Of a stretch of DNA of 48,272 nucleotides, positions 29,102-38,310 are shown in pieces. The notes beneath the pieces were generated by a model. That model made no database searches. It saw nothing but the letters and a program-made list of their open reading frames with translations, and was not told the DNA's origin. The position numbers were made by a program, and so were the translations under genes. Location of the stretch: assembly GCA_041746575.1 (NCBI GenBank), contig JBGTGT010000102.1, positions 1 through 48,272 of the forward strand, read 5' to 3'. Every line of letters begins with the position of its first letter. Within the stretch, counting starts at the first letter, position 1. The stretch comes from Microcystaceae cyanobacterium. GTDB lineage: Bacteria; Cyanobacteriota; Cyanobacteriia; Cyanobacteriales; Microcystaceae.

Positions 29102-31939
29102 TTATTTCAGGCGTTTTAAGCGTTCTTTCAGGATTTCGGCTTGTTTTTGAGCTTCAGAAAGGCTATTCCTTGCCGCTTGGATAATCTCATCCGGTGCTTT
29201 ATTGACAAAACCGGGATTCTGTAAGCGCGTGTGTAAGGAGTCTATCTCCTTTTCAATTTTACTTAAGTTTTTGTCTATTTTGTGCTGTAAGGTTTCAAGC
29301 TCAACGACACCAAAAAGAGGAATTAAAACCTGAATCGTACCGACAACCCCCGCAAAAGCTTGTTTGGGTTCTTCTACAATCCGCTCAGTAATCGTCAATT
29401 GTTCCACTTTCCCCAATTCTTGGATATACACGCTCCCCGACGCTAAAATCGCGCGTTCTTGGAGATTTTCACTTTGTAAGATTACAGAAACTTTCAAATT
29501 CGGCTTAATATCCGCTTCGGCTCTCAAGTTGCGAATGGTGCGAATCGTTTCAAATATAACGGTGAAAGCAGATTCTAAGTCAGTATTAATCAGTTCTAAC
29601 TGACTAGCAGGATAAAGCTGTGTTGCAATCTCGCTGTCTGTCTTTTGGGTTAAGGTCTGCCAAATTTCTTCAGTAATATGAGGCATAAAGGGATGCAAGA
29701 GTTTCAATATTCCCTCAAGGACGTAAGCTAAGGTTTTTTGAGCAACTAAGCGGGAATTTTCGTCTTTTTGTCCCTGTAAGCGAGATTTTACTAACTCAAT
29801 ATACCAATCGCAAAAATCTCCCCAAATAAATTCGTAAAGTCCTTTAGCGGCTTCTCCTAATCCATAGTTATCAAGACTATGGGAGGTTTGTCGAATAATT
29901 TGATGATATCGGGAGACAATCCATTTATCTGCCAATTCTAACTCATTTAATTCGGGTTCTTCTAAATCTTGTAGAGTTTTGCCCTCTAAATTCATCAGCA
30001 CAAAGCGAGACGCGTTCCAGAGTTTATTCGCAAAATTACGAGACGCTTCGACAGACTCAGATAAAGGGTCTTTTAACTTTTCTTCTAGCTGTTTTTTGTC
30101 TTTTAGTTTGTGTTTTTTCAAAAATTCTTTAGATGGATTTTCTGCTAAGTCGGGATTTAAAATAACCTCATAGAGAGGACGATTCAGCAGTAAACTAATA
30201 TCTTGACCCGCACCAGCCACTTCTCGGATTAAAGTGTATCTTAAAGCATCTGTGCCGTATTTATCAATTAAAACCAGAGGATCAATTCCGTTATTAGCTG
30301 ATTTTGACATTTTTTTGCCATTTTCATCTCTTACTAAGCCATGAATATAAACATCCTGAAATGGCATTTGTCCGGTAAAGTGTCCTGCCATCATCGTCAT
30401 CCTAGCCACCCAGAAGAAAATAATATCAAATCCTGTGACTAGAAGACTTGTTGGATAAAAAGTTGCTAAATCCGCCGTTTTTTCTGGCCATCCCATCGTC
30501 GAAAACGGCCATAACCCCGACGAAAACCATGTATCCAACACATCAGGATCTTGTTCTAAGCTGATATTATCCCCATACTGCGCTTTAGCTTTCTTTAACG
30601 CTTCTTCCTCGTTATAAGCCACAATAAAAGGAGTATGATCGCTAATTTGTCCATTTGTCTCACTAATCACATACCATGCCGGAATTTGGTGTCCCCACCA
30701 CAATTGACGGGAGATACACCAATCTTTGAGCTTAATCAACCAATCTCGATAGACCTTTTGCCATCTTTCTGGCACAAAACGAGGAGAATTCTCATTATCT
30801 AAGCAATCTAATGCTTTTTTGGCTAACGGTTCAATTTTCACAAACCATTGGGTTGAAATTAAGGGTTCAACCGGAACTTTCCCTCGGTCACTATAAGGGA
30901 CAGTATGGCGATAATTCTCTATTTTAACTAAAAATTTTTGTTCTTCAAGAGCTTTCACCACATTTTTACGGGCAACGAACCTATCCTGTCCTGCAAATTC
31001 TCCAGCATTCTCATTTAAGGTGCCATCTTTGTTTAAAATATTAATAAAGGGCAACTGGTGACGATTTCCCATCTCAAAGTCATTGGGATCGTGTGCTGGC
31101 GTCACTTTAACACAACCTGTGCCGAATTCAGCATCCACCAGTTCATCAGCAAAAATAGGAATTTCTCGACCCATCAACGGTAAAGTAACCGTTTTTCCGA
31201 TAAAATATTTATATCTCTCATCATTCGGATTCACGGCTACTCCTGTATCCCCTAACATTGTTTCAGGTCGCGTGGTGGCAACGACTAATTCCCCTGAACC
31301 GTCGCTTAAAGGATAACGAAAATACCATAAATGACCCTCAACTTCCTTATTCTCCACCTCTAAGTCGGACACGGCTGACTGCGACTCAGGACACCAGTTG
31401 ACGAGATAATTTCCTCGATAGATTAATCCCTCTTCGTAAAGGGTGACAAAAGCCGTTTTAACCGCCTGAGACAGGCTATCATCAAGGGTAAAGCGTTCCC
31501 TCGACCAATCGGCAGATAACCCTAACCGTTTAATTTGGTTAATAATCGTTCCCTGAGATGTTTCTTTCCAGTCCCAAGCACGCTTTAAAAAGGCTTCACG
31601 TCCGATTTCGTAGCGATTTGTTCCTTCTGCTTTCAACTGCTTTTCTAAAATCGTTTGTACGGCAATACTCGCATGATCTGTCCCCGGTAAACAAAGGGTA
31701 TTCTCTCCTTTCAGGCGATGATACCGAATAATTGTATCCATTAACGCCTGTTCAAAAGCGTGTCCCATGTGCAGACTTCCCGTAACATTGGGAGGCGGAA
31801 TGACTAAACTAAATACTTTTGCCTCTTTTTCTGACTCAACTTGAAATATTCGCTGTTCTTCCCAGTATTGTTGCCATTTCGCTTCGGTAGTGGAGGGGTC
31901 GTATTGGGTGGGTAAATTATCTGGCGTAACAGTCATCAA
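29102..31939 (-). CDS. valS: Valine--tRNA ligase
   Basis: [31 protein letters not shown]-terminal coiled coil. Confidence 0.98.
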   Translation of the reverse strand: MMTVTPDNLPTQYDPSTTEAKWQQYWEEQRIFQVESEKEAKVFSLVIPPPNVTGSLHMGHAFEQALMDTIIRYHRLKGENTLCLPGTDHASIAVQTILEKQLKAEGTNRYEIGREAFLKRAWDWKETSQGTIINQIKRLGLSADWSRERFTLDDSLSQAVKTAFVTLYEEGLIYRGNYLVNWCPESQSAVSDLEVENKEVEGHLWYFRYPLSDGSGELVVATTRPETMLGDTGVAVNPNDERYKYFIGKTVTLPLMGREIPIFADELVDAEFGTGCVKVTPAHDPNDFEMGNRHQLPFINILNKDGTLNENAGEFAGQDRFVARKNVVKALEEQKFLVKIENYRHTVPYSDRGKVPVEPLISTQWFVKIEPLAKKALDCLDNENSPRFVPERWQKVYRDWLIKLKDWCISRQLWWGHQIPAWYVISETNGQISDHTPFIVAYNEEEALKKAKAQYGDNISLEQDPDVLDTWFSSGLWPFSTMGWPEKTADLATFYPTSLLVTGFDIIFFWVARMTMMAGHFTGQMPFQDVYIHGLVRDENGKKMSKSANNGIDPLVLIDKYGTDALRYTLIREVAGAGQDISLLLNRPLYEVILNPDLAENPSKEFLKKHKLKDKKQLEEKLKDPLSESVEASRNFANKLWNASRFVLMNLEGKTLQDLEEPELNELELADKWIVSRYHQIIRQTSHSLDNYGLGEAAKGLYEFIWGDFCDWYIELVKSRLQGQKDENSRLVAQKTLAYVLEGILKLLHPFMPHITEEIWQTLTQKTDSEIATQLYPASQLELINTDLESAFTVIFETIRTIRNLRAEADIKPNLKVSVILQSENLQERAILASGSVYIQELGKVEQLTITERIVEEPKQAFAGVVGTIQVLIPLFGVVELETLQHKIDKNLSKIEKEIDSLHTRLQNPGFVNKAPDEIIQAARNSLSEAQKQAEILKERLKRLK

Positions 31940-32095
31940 AGGTTACAGGGGTAAGGAGTCTTGTCTCATTCATTTTGCCATACCTTGTCAATCTGTGGGA
32001 GCTAGGTGACCTAGATTAGGAGTAGCCTTACTGACTGAGATTAAAAAATAGACTGTTTTGAAACTTGCACTTTTAAACAACTCATTTTAGGTTAT

Positions 32096-33286
32096 TCATC
32101 TAAGGTAAATAGAATCAGATCTAGAAATAGTTCTCAAATTAAAGGATTTAATTAAAGTCTTCATATCCTCAGACCAGTTACCTTCGTTGAAAAAGATTTT
32201 AACTGATTCTTCTTCAACTACTTTATTAAAGTCTGGAATCTGTGTTGAACCTCCTTGATTGATATTATAACGAGATCCCTTGTATAAACTCTGAGCTTGA
32301 ATGGTAACATTCCCTGTCAGAACATCAATGACCAAATCATTGTTTTGAAGATGATGAACATAAATTAAGGTTAAGTCCTCGTTAGGCGAAATTTGCACTT
32401 CACTCTGAATAAATTCAACGTCTTCAACTATTTCTGCCAATAACTGAAAATCAGTTCCATTCTTGTTGTTATATGCTCTCCTGATCGCCTCTTTTAACTT
32501 CTCTTGATTAATTTGAGGATTTTCAGGAAGCTCCTCAACTCCAAGTATCTCTTTGTAGTAATAAAAAATTTTATCAATGTCAGGTGCATCATTTTTTAAG
32601 CGTTGGTTTTGAAGAATGTTAAGGCACTCGATGGCAACATTGTAATATCTCAAGTCTGAATCACTTATCCATTCAAGTAGTTCAGATTTGGCAACACTAT
32701 AACCAATATTAACTTCCTGCAATCTTTGTAAGATTACCTCTGCATTTTTTTCGTTATTCTGTTTAGCCATTGCTTTTTCAGCAAAATAAAGATTTTGTAA
32801 ACTTGATCTTTTCAAAGCAGGAGATCCAGCAATGAATTTTTCACAATGCCAGGGATTTTGCTGCCGAAGCCCCCAACCAATAACACCACTGCCATCTAAT
32901 CTGCAAGGGAAGGTGTACTGAGTAGTTGCAGAATCAGTACCTGCTTGCAAGATTGGACTTAAGACATTAGACCCTTTCATTAATTTGAGATGCGCCCAAC
33001 TTACTGAATCACCTACAATCGACAAAATATCTGTCCTGTTGAGGGTACCACCATTTGCTGTTATTCGTACTTTATTTATTTTTTTACCGTTTGGTAAAAC
33101 ATGAATGATTCCACCATATTTCTCAATAATTGCAGAATCTGGGAGATTATCGGATGACTGAACTCTATCTACAGTGGTTAGTATTATACAGATAGGAACT
33201 AGCACAATTAACATTGTAAAAACTAACCATTTGGAACGGTTTAATTTTTTCGAAATCTTTTGGTTAAAATTGCTTTTTTGAATCAT
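32096..33286 (-). CDS. Hypothetical exported/membrane-anchored protein (weak FecR-like motifs)
   Basis: N-terminal TM/signal segment; AAGGAG RBS; TLNRTDILSI...SWAHL and IDVLTGNVTI resemble FecR-domain strands. Confidence 0.65.
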   Translation of the reverse strand: MIQKSNFNQKISKKLNRSKWLVFTMLIVLVPICIILTTVDRVQSSDNLPDSAIIEKYGGIIHVLPNGKKINKVRITANGGTLNRTDILSIVGDSVSWAHLKLMKGSNVLSPILQAGTDSATTQYTFPCRLDGSGVIGWGLRQQNPWHCEKFIAGSPALKRSSLQNLYFAEKAMAKQNNEKNAEVILQRLQEVNIGYSVAKSELLEWISDSDLRYYNVAIECLNILQNQRLKNDAPDIDKIFYYYKEILGVEELPENPQINQEKLKEAIRRAYNNKNGTDFQLLAEIVEDVEFIQSEVQISPNEDLTLIYVHHLQNNDLVIDVLTGNVTIQAQSLYKGSRYNINQGGSTQIPDFNKVVEEESVKIFFNEGNWSEDMKTLIKSFNLRTISRSDSIYLR

Positions 33287-33348
33287 TTTACTCTCCTTTT
33301 ATGGAAAATGATTAATGTTTTATTGATTCAGAAATTGTGGTCAATTAT

Positions 33349-35990
33349 TTAGGGTGAAAGACAAGTACCAATTCGATTCATTACTTCAGCATTGACATCA
33401 ATAAAAACTAAATTTGTTAGCGTATTTTCTACTAAATTAGATTGCGAAATTTCCGACTTAGCTAATTCAACACAATCAGCATCATCGAAAAAGTATGCCT
33501 TTCCCTGATTAGGATCGTAGGGCTTTTTCTCTCCAATCCAACCACAACGGTCTTCGGTATATTCCCTCCATAGTTCTTCGATTTTTTGTAATGTTGTACA
33601 AGGCATCTGGTTTGCTTCCTCTGGTGTGTCAATTAAACCATTTTTGTTTAAATCTGCCCCTGCTCCTGAATCTCGTTGCAAAATAGCATAGATAGTTCGC
33701 AATGCACCTTCTGTATAACGCTGCTCAAATTCTTCAGCTCCATTATCAATTCGTTCTCCCCAATTTCTTTTCTTAAGATCCAATTCTAATTCTGGTATTC
33801 GATATCTACAGATCATATCAGCTAAAAACGCCTCTGCGTCTGTAGAGATTTTTTTGACTGTATCATTTATTTTCGTTATATTTATATTGCTTGAAAATGC
33901 TGCTGGATTGCTTTTAATTGTTTGTTGGAGTCGATAAGAACTAGATAAAATACTGCGATAGTATGCAAATACAAGGTTTAATTTTCTGTATTTTTTTTGT
34001 AGTCATTAATTGACTCTCCTTCATTGTAAAAGTTATTAAGAATATAACCCCTCTTTTGATTTGCTCTTTCAAGAAATTTGGGTAAATTTTTGTAAATTTG
34101 ATTATCATCTGTTCCTAAGAAGACAGCTTCAAGTGTTTTTTCAGATTGGAATTGTTTCCAGTAAGAAAAAAACAAAATAGTTGAAGCGATCATAAATAAA
34201 GCTGCCGTAGCGATCGCCCATTGACTTTTACGCTGAGTTTGTTTACGGGCTGTCTCTTCCGCTTTACGGGCGTTTTCCTTTTCATCTACAGCTTCGTGAA
34301 GAAGTTTTAATTCACGGTTTCTACGCTCTTCTTCAGCTTTTATAAGATGATCCCGCCATTTTATACTAGCATCAATAAATTCATTTTCCTCTAGTGTTAA
34401 GCCATCAAGATTTTTAAAAGCATCTTTATTTCTAAACTCTACCAATTGAAGTAATCGAGAGCCTTTTAAGAGTTCATCGTTAGCCTTAGACTCATCCTGT
34501 GAGCGAATTTTTTGCCACCGTCTTGTCTCAACAGTCAACCAACTTTTGAGGATAATTGCTTTTTTTTCCTCCTCAAGCCAGCGTTTTAACTCATCCCAAG
34601 ATGAAAGTAAAATTTCATGGGCAATTTCTACGGTTGCCGATTGTTTCAGGTGATTATTGACTGGCAGTTCTTCTGGGCTTAAGTATTCACTATTAGTAAC
34701 TAGCAATTTTTCATCAATAAACTTATTAAGGAGCTTTGCTACCGATTCACTAGCAAATTCATTTTGATAAGCTCGTTTGCTTACGATTTTACTGCCAGAA
34801 TCAGTTTCAACAATATTTACCAGCTTCAAAAATATTTGCTTAGTGGCTATCTGTTCGTCTTGATTGAGCTTGCTGTATATTTCGCTGACGTGCTTTTGTA
34901 AAGCACCCCTTACGCCTTCTAAGGCAACATAACTTTTCTTGCTTAAGATCCGTTTTTCGATATTAGGACGACCATCAGTATCAAGAGTTTTACATTCGCT
35001 TTCCCAAAGCAAATTCAGAGTGTATTGCAATAAAGGAAGGTAACCTTTTTGCCCCTCTACTTCTTCGATAATTTGTTCAATTAACCCTTTTTCAAGTACG
35101 ACTCCATGCCTGTTTGCTGGCTGCTTGATCGCTTGCTTAAGCTCATCTGGCTTCATCTCCGTGACTATATGAATATTATTTTGACTGGCAATTGCACCTA
35201 AATCGGAGTAGAAACTAAACTGCTCAAAAAAGTCAGATCGCATTGCCAGAACAATCTTGACAGAACTGACCTCAGACTGGGCAACTTGGACAATACCTGA
35301 AATAAAGTTTTTTCGTTTTTCTAGATCATGACAAATAGTAAATAATTCTTCAAATTGATCGACAAAAATCAACCATCGTTCCTCATCCTTCCTTAAGGTG
35401 TTAATAACTTTAGTGAGTGTATCAGCTTTTGCTACCAAGGCAATCTCAGCTTCTAATTTACTAAAGCTATAGTCTTTTTCCCTGCTAAGTAAACACCGAT
35501 ATAGAGAATCAAAGGGATCTTGATCAGGCGTAAAGATAAAGTCATAAAATGTTTGAGACTCAAGATATTTATACAATTCAGGAATTAACCCTGCACTCAC
35601 TACAGAAGACTTACCACTACCAGAGGCACCTAAAACTAAACTTAAATTGCTCCGATTCGTTGCCTCGAATAATGTAGCAATAAGCTTATCTCTACCAAAA
35701 AAGCGATCTCTGTCCTTGAAATTAAACCTTTTTAGTCCCTGATAAGGGGACTTCTTAATTAAGGGTTGCATCGTAACTTTATCAACCGGATTCCCGTCAA
35801 TCTGAATATAATTTTCAATACTCTCAATATATCGCTCTGCACGAATTTCTCGTTGTTCAATCTTATCCCTCCCCACGTTATCACCTTTCCCTGAATGATA
35901 TTGGGTCATTTCATGGCTGTTATCGGGGTGATTTGGAGGCTTTGAGTCTAAGGGATCAGACATATAAGCTATTAACCTTCGTAGATCCAT
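33349..35990 (-). pseudogene. nSTAND1-type NTPase-TM-GUN4-like protein, frameshifted at an A8 tract (ORFs 33978-35990 and 33349-33816)
   Basis: SPYQGL..F, FFGR, GASGSGKSS, VDQFEE, LPLLQY, EIAHEIL; TM helix near residue 600. The downstream frame is open from the A8 tract (33991-33998) to 33349 and contains PCTTLQKIEELW...RCGW. Confidence 0.8.
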
Positions 35991-36095
35991 GCCATCGTAA
36001 CAATGGTTTTAGCCTTCTGTCTTCAGTTATTTGTAAGACCAAGACAGATCCTTGTCCATGGATAAAAACAATGAGCTACACTACAATCATAAAGA

Positions 36096-36500
36096 ATGTA
36101 TTTTAATTTGTCCACATTTTTTGCGACACAACCTCTTCCAACGCTGTTTACGTCAGACGAGAATTACTACAGGTATTGCATGCAAAATGAAAAAAATAAT
36201 CCTCCATCATTAGAAGAAGTTGCTAGACGGATTTCTTGTGATAGTAGAACAATTTATAAGTATTTTCCAGAACTTTGTCAGCAGATTTCCTCTTGCTATT
36301 TAAGGTAACAAAACACTTGTCATCATGAATCTGTTAACCAATACTGCCAAGAAATAGAGCAAGCTATCGTAAATCTTCTGCCACAAGGCATTTATCCGAC
36401 AGAAATGCTTATTGCTCAATTAGTTTCTCGTCTTAGCTATATCAGATACAAAAAAGTCAGATAGTTTTTTAAGGCAACCAGAGAATATCTGAATTTAGAG
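36096..36500 (+). pseudogene. Remnant of the C-terminus of a TniQ/TnsD-like Tn7 target-selection protein
   Basis: PPSLEEVARRISCDSRTIYKYFPELCQQIS..*..CQEIEQAIVNL..QGIYPTE..YIRYKKVR* read through stops at about 36306 and 36462; matches my recollection of cyanobacterial TniQ/TnsD HTH repeats. Confidence 0.7.
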
Positions 36501-36545
36501 GAAGCATATCGTTTCCGTCATCGAAATAATATGCTTCCAGTTACA
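36500..36545 (-). mobile_element. Candidate Tn7-like transposon end (alternatively a terminator hairpin)
   Basis: 5'-TGTAACTG on the minus strand at 36545, followed by a 16-bp motif present twice in inverted orientation (14/16 identical); 31 bp from the tmRNA 3' end. Confidence 0.4.
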
Positions 36546-36576
36546 ATGAGTGTTTTTTAGGCTGAATTGGTTTAAA

Positions 36577-36972
36577 TGGAGCCGAGCAGAGTCGAACTGC
36601 TGTCCAGACTGGGTATTGACATTCCGTTCCTTCACAGGTTTAGCTCATCTAATCCTCAGAGCGGGAACCATCGATTAGTCCCTGATGGTGGGATGCTTTG
36701 GTAAAGTCTTTACCGAGTCGTCAACCAAAGGTAACGAAATGGTGCATCCGTTAGGGTTATTCACCTTGCCTTTAACGGAGTCAGGACGAAGGTGCAATCG
36801 AAATCTCTTAGTTAGTGGAGATTAAGCTACAGCTACTGCTGCACGATTGAATGCTACGACGTTGTTTTTCGCAGTTACATTTTTTTTGAGCCTTGGATTT
36901 GCGAGAGGAGACTCACTCTCGACCTGCATCACGGAGAAGCTTTCGCCAACCTGTCGAAACCGTGGCGGCCCC
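36577..36972 (-). ncRNA. ssrA: tmRNA
   Basis: 5' GGGGCCGCCACGGTTTCGAC; 3' GTTCGACTCTGCTCGGCTCCA; tag ORF AKNNVVAFNRAAVAVA* at 36872-36822. Confidence 0.97.
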
Positions 36973-37036
36973 TTGAGATACACTTTATATTATAAGCGAT
37001 CGCTCAAGCAATTGACAACCCAATGTTTTTTGGTGC

Positions 37037-37966
37037 ATGAAAAAGTATTTACGGCGTTCTATTCCCATCATTTTTGCTTTAAGTTTATTTTGCCTAGCAA
37101 TTTGGGTTATTTCTACTGAATTGCGCCATTACAGTCTAGCAGATATGGCCAATCACTGGAATCATCTTCCGTTAGGTCGCAAATTAGGGGCGATCGCTCT
37201 CACGGGTGTCGGCTATTTTGTGATGACGGGCTATGATAGGCTGGGCTTTCATTATTTGCGTCGCTCTTTATCGGGGAATAAAGTCGCTTTTACGGCATTT
37301 ATCAGTTATGCTATCGGGAATACGGTAGGATTTACGGCCTTATCGGGGACAGCAATTCGCTATCGTTTTTATGGTAATTGGGGCGTTGCCAAGGCTTCTA
37401 TTGCCAAATTAGTGGTCTTTACCCATTTTATTTTTTGGTTAGGCTTATTTTCTGTTAGTGGCATTGTCTTTTTAATTGATCCCTTAACGTTGCCCACTTT
37501 ATTACACCTTCCCTTCGATTCGGTTCGCCCGTTGGGAGGAATTTTTTTGTTATTAGTGATGGCTTATCTCATCACCAGTATTTTTTGGACGAAATCTTTA
37601 AAGATTGGTAAGGAAACCTTGGATTTTCCTTCTTTACGAATTTCTTTAGCAGGAATCGGACTTTCAGCCTTAGATTGGGGCTTGGCGGCTGGAGTTCTTT
37701 ATCTTCTCTTTCCTCATGCTTCAGGTTTATCCTATTTTGGTTTTTTTGGCATTTATATCTTAGCGTTAACGGCCGGTCTAATTAGCAATATTCCCGGTGG
37801 TCTAGGCGTCTTTGAAACCGTTATTTTAGGGTTAAAACCAGCTAACTTGTCTTCTGCCGATGTTTTGGGCGCATTAATCGCTTACCGTGGGATTTATTAT
37901 CTTTTACCGCTATCAGTTGCTTTATTTCTGCTACCTATACAATTATGGGTCAAACGTCGACATTAA
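37037..37966 (+). CDS. Lysylphosphatidylglycerol synthase TM-domain / flippase-like protein (MprF N-terminal-like)
   Basis: Polytopic; RYRFY, PGGLGVFE, YRGIYYLLP motifs; no synthase domain. Confidence 0.88.
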   Translation: MKKYLRRSIPIIFALSLFCLAIWVISTELRHYSLADMANHWNHLPLGRKLGAIALTGVGYFVMTGYDRLGFHYLRRSLSGNKVAFTAFISYAIGNTVGFTALSGTAIRYRFYGNWGVAKASIAKLVVFTHFIFWLGLFSVSGIVFLIDPLTLPTLLHLPFDSVRPLGGIFLLLVMAYLITSIFWTKSLKIGKETLDFPSLRISLAGIGLSALDWGLAAGVLYLLFPHASGLSYFGFFGIYILALTAGLISNIPGGLGVFETVILGLKPANLSSADVLGALIAYRGIYYLLPLSVALFLLPIQLWVKRRH

Positions 37967-38310
37967 ATCGTTTGGACAATTAGACAATTCTGAAGAAATT
38001 ATTCAGTTTTCTCAATCAAGAAAGAATCTATAAAAGTAAGCTAAATTACCTTTTAGTACCCCTCATTTACCCTTAATTTTAAGTCAATTGTTGGGAATTT
38101 TTGGGGGCTAAATTTCAGATTTATGGTCTAAAACGTTTCGTAACGGTAAACGTAGCAAATTTGTATTTTAGTTTATTTTCCTTGCCTTCTGCCTATGATA
38201 AAGATCAAGAAAGAAAGATGGTATAATGTCGCCATCTAAAACCTGTTGTCGAAAAGTGAGTGAGCTTCTAGGGAAAGATTCGTTTATTAATCCGTTTGTT
38301 GAGTGAAGTT

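Noticed and set aside
30064..30190. Intein in ValRS
   Set aside because: Far too short and lacks C/S...HN splice motifs.
31940..32095. Second Tn7 end or integrase att duplication at the valS side of the island
   Set aside because: No ATGAG-TGT junction, no copy of the 16-bp motif and no duplicated ssrA 3' end found.
36847..37119. 90-aa ORF
   Set aside because: Antisense to tmRNA and out of frame with the next gene.
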